IMG/VR virus record: IMGVR_UViG_3300029319_009305
Span: 43,886-107,885 of that record
Source of the DNA: a virus
DNA: 64,000 nucleotides
Direction: 5' to 3' (one strand)
The notes beneath the pieces are model-generated. The model did no database searches. It had not been told where the DNA came from and was given only the letters and a program-made list of their open reading frames with translations. Positions 57,401 to 64,000 of this stretch are shown here, piece after piece. Position numbers and translations under genes: made by a program. Each line of letters opens with the position of its first letter. Positions within the stretch are counted from its first letter, which is position 1.

Positions 57401-58440
57401 ACTACGTGACTAGTTCACTTGATATGAATTATTACAATAGTACAGAAAATTATTTTCAAAACATAGATGCAGCAAAAAATGCCAGTGGTTCTTTTTTAAT
57501 AATCGGATCTCAAAGTATAAAACTTGACGGATCATCGTCACCTGTAGGATTGAGTGCAACTGGATACAACAGGATTGTTAGGGCAACAGATTTTGCTGGT
57601 AAGATTAATTTTATTAGGTTTTGGTCGAGGGGAATATCACTAGAAGAGTCACTAGAGCGGGCTAAAAACTTTAGATCTCTAGGTGTAAAAGATCCTACTT
57701 TCCAATATAATCACAACACTTTGCATACTGGGTCTTTCAACAGGTTAAGGATTGATGCAAAAACCTCAATACAGATTGCAACAGCTTCAGACAGTTCTGG
57801 TCAGATAAGATTAGATGACTTTAGTCAAAACAATTTACATTTTGTAGGGAACGGTTTTGAGCCCGAACAAGTAATTCTTAAAAATGAAATGTTTCTTCAT
57901 TCTATGCTCAGTCCTAAATTTGATATTAGGGCTTCTGATATGAAAGTTCGAGTTAGAAGCTTTTTGGAAAAAGAAAATCTGGAGAATGATGATTTTGCAA
58001 AAGCGACTCCTGTTTTTAATTTAGATGATGAATTTTCACCTGAAGATGACAATAGGTTTTCTATAGACCTGAGTGTTGTCAAAGCATTAGACGAAGACAT
58101 CATGAAAATGTTTGCCAGCATGCAATCTTTTGATAATGCTTTAGGTGATACAAGAGACCTTTTTGAAGATAGTTATATTGAATTAGAAAATTTAAGAAAA
58201 ATATACTTTAAAGACTTAATTCAAAAATTAAATTTAAGTAGTTATAGCGAATTTTTTACTTGGTTTGATGAAGCATTTACTTCACTGTTGTCAGGTTTTA
58301 TTCCTTTGAGGGCAAATTTTTTAGGTGTCAATTACGTCATCGAATCGCACGTTTTAGAGCGACACAAAATGAAATATTTTTATGATGAGCAGTATTTGCT
58401 TACAAGAACAGAAACAAGAGATAGGTTTGGTAACGTATGA
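54484..58440 (+). CDS. large LamG-domain baseplate/tail protein (gp7-like core)
   Basis: LamG motifs FTIEAYI, YHV, LYIDSV, FSGSIDEFRFY; IWRRIL...KGT...IREYG. Confidence 0.7.
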   Translation: MTKKSILSNQNPGTALFDNNFKHYKTIGFDNDTAGNFKKFKSMRDLSELSKEETFFEDDYRFDGPDSGVRSTQQINLDYEVFENHVFFDSAVSKINIAFDKIVNEFPFEKTEAELNEYLQSLTGYERYILNLFGKSLGYLTLSGSAVGENSGGQYIEIKDSAGSLYPTFSTRNDTKPVLSPKNSPFTIEAYISLPTVVNDNQVIFQYKKTEKFGIMLSLSASDDTSKCNIVFDVTSGSNHSYVSSSFDKGKFYHVGAAYSVSNNPGKSLLYIDSVLKATSSMTLELTNFDLSAQDSKAYIGSGSILNTANADPDISTGVFTPQQTFSGSIDEFRFYHLEKNEKTIKDTMKVNIFGGSESKLALYFKFNEPSGSYRLPSVCLDSSGNSLHSNITNFSHEIRNTGSISTPVTEEILNNNPILYPDFPKNTDLHNRLINSASLYDEKNPNLITNLIPVHYLLEGNDFEGFQNMTGSYGNVYKSQSIPGSGQVGSGQLLMSFLFLWAKYFDELKIYIDTLSRVLSYGYDTNEVGIDKFLPFVGKYYGIDLPGIFTSAMQRQYNKNVGINDLGTVSTLSLRKVQNQIWRRILTNLNALRQSKGTISSVKGMIRTLGVEPDTIFDIREYGGPKAFFLDGRRKNIKKSYKMIDFSGSLADISDIATVDSNTGFNTRTPRIISPFLSGSRIEVGFPEIKTGTATGTVTIGNSATATNLDGKIIEITDTAGLEKVYIFDDDNDGATGTLDGSNRVRIQINGMMSSTAGRILMAAQVKAAIEHANGHAGSITVSTTDQIVGLTQGSFNANDGNNAIKTSVTDATHLAVSGFSGGFGYLNQPNHNFVHGISNNPNDGLFTSGSFGYDAVYKFETNLRFPLTQSLVRLHMTGSSVSNSARLVTNCVLVSGSSPELKLFVDAATAGASASDTARLQTLAINSASFFNGNPWYVSFGLIRNDDNIIQDEQYASSSLFLRAISDDEIYYVTSSLDMNYYNSTENYFQNIDAAKNASGSFLIIGSQSIKLDGSSSPVGLSATGYNRIVRATDFAGKINFIRFWSRGISLEESLERAKNFRSLGVKDPTFQYNHNTLHTGSFNRLRIDAKTSIQIATASDSSGQIRLDDFSQNNLHFVGNGFEPEQVILKNEMFLHSMLSPKFDIRASDMKVRVRSFLEKENLENDDFAKATPVFNLDDEFSPEDDNRFSIDLSVVKALDEDIMKMFASMQSFDNALGDTRDLFEDSYIELENLRKIYFKDLIQKLNLSSYSEFFTWFDEAFTSLLSGFIPLRANFLGVNYVIESHVLERHKMKYFYDEQYLLTRTETRDRFGNV

Positions 58441-59603
58441 CAAGCATAGTAATAAAATCAAAAAAAGAAATAACAGATATATTTAACGAAGATTCAACGA
58501 TAGGAAAATATAGGATTGGAAGAACGTTATCTATTGATAAGCCTGTAAAAAAAGAATCATCTTTTGATCCACTAGCTGTTCCTACCGAAGCTGCATTTCT
58601 TCAGAGAGCGGATGTTATTGGTTACCAGTCTGCCACCGGATCATTTACAGGAGTTAAATCTACTTTGTGGGAGTCAGAAAGTCCTACACAGTTATCAGCA
58701 TCTGGCAGTTATTACCAAAATTCAAAAATTCGACAAGGGGTCTCCATAAGATCTACTTTTGACCTGGAAGCTGACGCTTTGCCTTACGTTTACATTCAAG
58801 GCGGATCTTCACCTTACCCTAATCATATTTTTGAAAATTTTTTACCGTCTTTTGACGAGGACTTTTTTGGTGTCAAAGAAAAGTTAAATAGAAGAAATTA
58901 TGTACCCTTTGAAGATATAATAGATCTACATCCGCAAAGATTGTCTGCTAGCGTGTATTTAGAAATGGAGGATCCGTACGCCGCCGGTATTTACCCTAAG
59001 TATTCGGGATCTCATTTTAGAAATAAATTTGACATGAATGGTATCATAGAACCTTTCGAATTAACAAGAAGGCGCCATGACATACAACAGGTCGATACAA
59101 CTTCGATATATTCAGCGAGAAAGTTCTTTTCAGGAATAAGCGCAACTGTAATGGGTAGTGAGAGGGAGTTTAGAGGATCAGGAAGAGGAGATAACCCACG
59201 AAAAGGATCAACACAAATCGTTCAGTATTACGATGTGAGGGATTCACACAATCCTGACGTTGATTTTTTTGACGATTCTCGTGAAATAGTTATACTCAAC
59301 ACAGATAAAATGAAAAAAATAAGTGCACTTGAAAATAGTCAGCAACATATTCTTAGATTTTTTGATGATACATTAGACTATGATTTAAGCAGTTATGCTT
59401 TTGCTTTAGAAACTTCACCTGATAGTATTCCTGATTTACTGTACGGGCTAAATGTTCAGCCACCGTACAATGAGAGGAGTGAGATTGGTACCAGGTTTGT
59501 TTCGGCAAAAGCAGGATTTGTTTACGAAACTACAACTGTAGGTAATACTACTTTAGGGACAGATTCAATTGCGTTTGGCGGATTGGGGAAGATAAATGCC
59601 TAG
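58437..59603 (+). CDS. putative virion protein
   Basis: Coupled in the structural operon; NGIIEPF, GTDSIAFGG. Confidence 0.6.
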   Translation: MTSIVIKSKKEITDIFNEDSTIGKYRIGRTLSIDKPVKKESSFDPLAVPTEAAFLQRADVIGYQSATGSFTGVKSTLWESESPTQLSASGSYYQNSKIRQGVSIRSTFDLEADALPYVYIQGGSSPYPNHIFENFLPSFDEDFFGVKEKLNRRNYVPFEDIIDLHPQRLSASVYLEMEDPYAAGIYPKYSGSHFRNKFDMNGIIEPFELTRRRHDIQQVDTTSIYSARKFFSGISATVMGSEREFRGSGRGDNPRKGSTQIVQYYDVRDSHNPDVDFFDDSREIVILNTDKMKKISALENSQQHILRFFDDTLDYDLSSYAFALETSPDSIPDLLYGLNVQPPYNERSEIGTRFVSAKAGFVYETTTVGNTTLGTDSIAFGGLGKINA

Positions 59604-62600
59604 AAAAAGAAAAGATAGATACGATCTCGGTGCACCTTTCAAAGCGCCTAATGGAAAAAGTTATACTGCAAAATCAGTGGAAAGCTTAGTTCTTTGGCTT
59701 GATTTTGCATCAACATTGATTGACAGGACGAGCAACCCCAATGTTGAAACGCCAACCCTTGAATATCAAGGATCAGTGCCTACGAGAAATGAAAAAATAG
59801 AAGATAGTATAAATTTTTATAACATTGCAAGGTTTGATAATAGCGAAAATTTAAATGCGCTAGCAACATACGATGCTGTAACAAATCCGATTAATTTCGG
59901 AGACGGAACAACTGACAAGCCTTTTTCTGTAAGTCTGTGGTATAGAAGAAGTGGAACTTTGGCAGACACAACGACTGAAAACTTGTTCTACAAGGGAGAC
60001 ACATCTTCAAAGACAGAGTATCAAGCATATATAACCATGGTCGCAATACTAGCATTTCAAGTACTTGACGAATCAACAGGAGCTCACCGGAGAGCTTTTA
60101 TAGACTTTGGTGACTTAGCAGATATTGACAATATTTGGATGCATCTTGTTTTTACATATGATGGGTCAGGAACTTCAGCAGGCCTAAAAATATATAGGGA
60201 TGGAGTTTTGTTAGCAACGTCAACAAACGATAGCGGTACATATACTGCCATGGAACAACAATCAACAAAGCTTTTTATAGGCGCTAGTCATGACGGTTCA
60301 TCTGAAGCTGACGGAGATTTTGCAGAATTTGCTATTTGGTCTCGAGAGTTGCCAGCTGATGAAATATCAGCAATATACAATGCGACAACATCGCTTACAC
60401 TGGAGTCATCTGGAATTGTTAATTCTCCCATTAGATCACGAATACGTGAAATGGATAGTAGGATTGGCATGTATCCAACAATAGGGCGAACAGGTGATAG
60501 AGATAGGAAAGGCTTCGGGTCAGTATTAGCTTTTGATGATCGAAATACCCAATTATTTGGTGCACCTGTTTTAGATGACAAATATTACCCAGTATCGCTT
60601 ACTCAAAATTTCTCTTCTGAACGAAACTATCAGTATGGCTATTCAAGCGCAGCATCTTTAATTGAATGGTTTCACATTGGAAAGTTTGCTGCTGATGGAG
60701 TAACTCCTTCTGTTGCGGTAAGAAAAGCAACAGGGGTTCAGACTGTTCAACTGGTCAGTGACCCAATTAAGTCTTCAATAACAATAGGAAATTACACATA
60801 TGATTCTATAACTTTTGACGATACTGATAATTCATATGTTCGTCTTAATTTTGCATCAACAGATAATACTCTGACTTTCGGAGATGGATCAGATGACACT
60901 CCGTTTACTTTTAGCTGGATTATGGAATTGACGCCTGCTGGTTTAGGTAAGCTATCGAACTCTATATCAAATGAATTATTTGCAAAGAGCGATGGAACTT
61001 CGAAGCAAGAATATTACGCATCAGTTCTGTCAAATGGTCAATTAAGCATAGTCTTGATGGATGAATCATCCGGAGGTTTTATCCAGGGTAAATCATCTGA
61101 ACCAGCTGACAAAGTAGATTTTTGGTCTAGACCACGCCACGTCGTTGTTACATACGATGGTTCAACTAACAACTCAGGAATAAAGTGGTACGTTGATGGT
61201 GTTTTAGACACAGGAACACCCGGAGGCGGAGGATCTTATACTGCATTGGAACAGAATTCAGATCATTTTTACTTTGCTACAAACGAATTCAATCTAGGCA
61301 CTAAAATTGGTGATCTTAAAATGGCTGAATTAGCTGTTTGGGGTGTGGAGCTAACGCCACAGGAAGTGCAGACTGTTTATAATTTTATAACTAAACCCAT
61401 ATTTAAAGATCCGGGTTACATTTTAGACTCAGGTACTTGCTTGTTATCAGGTGGTTTCATTGCAAACCAACACAAGCATTTTTCAACTCCAAATCAACCA
61501 GGGTCCCGTTTTGTTGTGACAGGAAATATGTTGGCAGGGGTTGCAGATAATTTTGATTCAACAGATTACAAATATTTAGCTGCAGTTGACAAGAACAATG
61601 AATCAATAACAGCGTTTAATGAAGCAAAAGTTATATTAAAAGATAATGAATTTTACTTAACTGGCACAAGCGAAACAACTTTTCCAGGATTTTCTGGTCG
61701 TTTGCATGACAAGACACAAATACAGATTGACCTTAGCACTAATGAGCCTACAAAATTTGGTTACACGGAAAAATCAACTTTCAAGAGAGACGGAGCAGCC
61801 CATGTTTCTATTGGCGGTACATCAGGACATTCAACGCTTACACTCGACGGATCAAATGTTCGCACGCAGTTAATGGTTTACTGGAATAACACTTTGAAGC
61901 GTTGGGAAAAAATTGCGAAAGGTGTTGGCGCAAATACACAACAGCATACAAGAAATGATTCTAATATTAGTATGTATAAAGAATTAGGTGAGATGATAGA
62001 TACAGCTGCTATTGGTTTTGGTAATTGTTCCGGTATTATTGCAACATCATCTGTCCGGACAGAGGAATCTGGTGAAGAGCAACAAACTTACGATTTACAA
62101 CCAGAGTCTGTTATTAAAATGATGGGCAAGCCAACGTCTGTATACGGTTTTCCTTCGCATGGTAAGTTTCATGCAACGGGAAGTCAAACAATTAAAATGA
62201 GTGACTATATTGATCGACCAGTTGTTTTAGAAAAATGTAATTTACAATTTTCTGCAAAGTTACAATTTGCTAATGATGGAGGGGCAGATCATCGGATGTT
62301 TGTATCAATGGTTGGTAGTTCATCCGCAGGAATTCCTTCAACTTACGCTTACGAAGATGATTTCATAAATATGATGCCAACATTTTTTATGCTTAGACAA
62401 TTTAAGCAAGGCAATGAAGTAACTTACAAAAGAGACTTTTCTTTAAATTATAATATCGCAGATTCTCCTGGGACAGGTTATGGTAATCTATATGGTACAT
62501 ACAAAAAAGGTGTTGCGTTACTTTCACTTAGACTTTCGCAAACAGGTAGTAGTCTGCATGATATGGATTTTACGCTACCTGGATTTTTTCAATTAGCTTC

Positions 62601-64000
62601 TGGGTCAGATACAACAACTTATGTTGATACAAACAGAGACTTAGTAACTTTTGGTCAAATCAATTTCTTCGCGAAAGGACAACCTGCACACACTAGATTT
62701 AACGCGACAGATCTTATTGATAAAATGGCAGGGGACGCAAAGGTTAACTTACTTAATAAGTTTGGATCAGCTTCGGAAGGTGTTCTTTGGCAAGGAAACG
62801 TTGTCGGAGCTGGTACAACTTTACCTGATTATACAGGTAGTTATCAAATGGACTTCCCGTGTAGAACTGTTCCTGTGTTACCTCCGCGGTTTGGAAGTGC
62901 TGTACAATTTGCTACGTCATCAGGCGGAACAACGTATTATTATGGAATACTAGGTAATGAGTTTGATGGAGGTCGTACACTAGCTTTGAACAATACAGTA
63001 CCTTCTGTTGGTCCTGAGTCATTACCAGAAAGAGTTAATCCAGCAAATATGAGCATAACAGGGAGAAGTTTAACTAGAGAAATTGCTGCTTATGATCCGG
63101 GCGTTGTTGCACCACTAAAGTTGTCAGATACTTCGACAGATGCGCTGGTAGATGTTTCGTTGCCTAGCATTGAAACACTAGACGTTGATTCTCCTTACAT
63201 TTTATTTCCTGAGGATGAAATTGTTTTAGGGTGGCAGTATCCAATGCCCTCAACTTACGGATTAGCAAATCATTTGCCTAACTCAATTTTCTCGACAGGG
63301 TCAAATCACATGGTTTTGGATGGACCGTCAACACTTACGCTTTTCTGTTCACAAATAAAAAATAACGTTGAGTATCATGACACCTTAAATCAACCTTTAA
63401 CTTCTGAGGTAATTCACGAATCCATACATTACGACAATCCTGTGATAGATCAATGGCAAGTATCTTTGAGAGGGGAGTATACGGGTAGTTACTTAGACGA
63501 TTATTCTAACAGTTCAGGTATTGGCACGATTGTAGATACTTACCTAAATAGTGGCAATCAACTGGCAGGTTCCTTTCAAAGGTTTGTGCGTTGTAGTGGT
63601 AAAGACGATATCCTTTATGACTCGATGTTACCTGATCCTTTAGCTTTGTGGACACATCAAACAGGTATATCAACTTACCTGTCTTCAAGCGGCGAAAGAT
63701 TTGTAAGTTTTGGTTTGTCTGGCAGCGCTGTTGATGATGAATTGGTTGACGCTGTAGGTAATTCAAACCCTGATTGGTTTAGATCTTTTGTATACAACAA
63801 CGATCTTAAGCGTGTTCCTGTTAAATCACAGGTTGCAAATTTAGCAAACACAGTTTTGTTATTTAGTGATGGAAAATCATCAGCAACTGCTTTTGGAAAT
63901 ACAGCAGATCAAAAAATCAGCTTATTTAAAGGATTTAATTTTAACGGTACTTCAGAGGTTAGTGCAAAAGTTATAATTGGAAATGCAGATCAAAGAGAGA
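59596..64000 (+). CDS. very large tandem-LamG virion/tail protein, 3' truncated by the window
   Basis: ATG at 59596 overlaps the previous stop; no in-frame stop seen by eye to 64000; LamG motifs PFSVSLW, WMHLVFTYDG, KIYRDG, EFAIWSREL and a second copy HVVVTYDG, WYVDG, ELAVWGVEL. Confidence 0.8.
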   Translation, partial: MPRKRKDRYDLGAPFKAPNGKSYTAKSVESLVLWLDFASTLIDRTSNPNVETPTLEYQGSVPTRNEKIEDSINFYNIARFDNSENLNALATYDAVTNPINFGDGTTDKPFSVSLWYRRSGTLADTTTENLFYKGDTSSKTEYQAYITMVAILAFQVLDESTGAHRRAFIDFGDLADIDNIWMHLVFTYDGSGTSAGLKIYRDGVLLATSTNDSGTYTAMEQQSTKLFIGASHDGSSEADGDFAEFAIWSRELPADEISAIYNATTSLTLESSGIVNSPIRSRIREMDSRIGMYPTIGRTGDRDRKGFGSVLAFDDRNTQLFGAPVLDDKYYPVSLTQNFSSERNYQYGYSSAASLIEWFHIGKFAADGVTPSVAVRKATGVQTVQLVSDPIKSSITIGNYTYDSITFDDTDNSYVRLNFASTDNTLTFGDGSDDTPFTFSWIMELTPAGLGKLSNSISNELFAKSDGTSKQEYYASVLSNGQLSIVLMDESSGGFIQGKSSEPADKVDFWSRPRHVVVTYDGSTNNSGIKWYVDGVLDTGTPGGGGSYTALEQNSDHFYFATNEFNLGTKIGDLKMAELAVWGVELTPQEVQTVYNFITKPIFKDPGYILDSGTCLLSGGFIANQHKHFSTPNQPGSRFVVTGNMLAGVADNFDSTDYKYLAAVDKNNESITAFNEAKVILKDNEFYLTGTSETTFPGFSGRLHDKTQIQIDLSTNEPTKFGYTEKSTFKRDGAAHVSIGGTSGHSTLTLDGSNVRTQLMVYWNNTLKRWEKIAKGVGANTQQHTRNDSNISMYKELGEMIDTAAIGFGNCSGIIATSSVRTEESGEEQQTYDLQPESVIKMMGKPTSVYGFPSHGKFHATGSQTIKMSDYIDRPVVLEKCNLQFSAKLQFANDGGADHRMFVSMVGSSSAGIPSTYAYEDDFINMMPTFFMLRQFKQGNEVTYKRDFSLNYNIADSPGTGYGNLYGTYKKGVALLSLRLSQTGSSLHDMDFTLPGFFQLASGSDTTTYVDTNRDLVTFGQINFFAKGQPAHTRFNATDLIDKMAGDAKVNLLNKFGSASEGVLWQGNVVGAGTTLPDYTGSYQMDFPCRTVPVLPPRFGSAVQFATSSGGTTYYYGILGNEFDGGRTLALNNTVPSVGPESLPERVNPANMSITGRSLTREIAAYDPGVVAPLKLSDTSTDALVDVSLPSIETLDVDSPYILFPEDEIVLGWQYPMPSTYGLANHLPNSIFSTGSNHMVLDGPSTLTLFCSQIKNNVEYHDTLNQPLTSEVIHESIHYDNPVIDQWQVSLRGEYTGSYLDDYSNSSGIGTIVDTYLNSGNQLAGSFQRFVRCSGKDDILYDSMLPDPLALWTHQTGISTYLSSSGERFVSFGLSGSAVDDELVDAVGNSNPDWFRSFVYNNDLKRVPVKSQVANLANTVLLFSDGKSSATAFGNTADQKISLFKGFNFNGTSEVSAKVIIGNADQRE

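Noticed and set aside
1-64000. Alternative genetic code or stop-codon reassignment
   Set aside because: TAA, TAG and TGA all end conserved genes at expected lengths, and coding density is high under the standard code

Overview
This AT-rich window looks like part of a large (jumbo-type) myophage genome, most likely uncultured. The evidence is T4-like baseplate genes (gp5-like hub, gp25, gp6), LamG-rich virion proteins, a gp55-like late sigma factor and many short ORFans, with no rRNA, tRNA, CRISPR or IS elements seen. Layout: (1) 1-7.9 kb is an accessory region. It holds proteins sharing an N-terminal MK(L/I)(T/N)RxQLRxLIxE leader, two tiny acidic lipoproteins, a fatty-acid-hydroxylase-family gene, a DUF2272/CHAP-like protein, two proteases and a GC-rich structured intergenic element. 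(2) 8.1-16.7 kb carries a yeaH(yhbH)-spoVR-prkA module, a degenerate GroEL-like protein, an Hc1-like protein, a stand-alone sigma-region-4 protein and PIN-PhoH. (3) 16.8-47.5 kb is a ~31 kb glycan island: about 10 glycosyltransferases, Gmd, a DmhA/WcbK-like dehydratase, split HldE, a B12 radical SAM, split transketolase, RmlC, NeuA/NeuB-like, Ugd, methyltransferases and a ferredoxin. (4) 47.5-64 kb has the late sigma factor and the baseplate/tail module, ending in a >1,460-codon LamG ORF (59596 to the window end) that is absent from the ORF track. The best candidate for an undescribed system is a phage-encoded virion glycosylation pathway. The glycan island abuts outer virion proteins strongly enriched in a [S/T]-[G/A]-S tripeptide (a possible O-glycosylation sequon), and the motif was not seen in the core gp5/gp25/gp6 proteins. 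Other candidates are the phage PrkA/YeaH/SpoVR plus pseudo-chaperonin module and the shared leader as a capsid-targeting tag. All family assignments come from motif recognition by eye; no searches were run.
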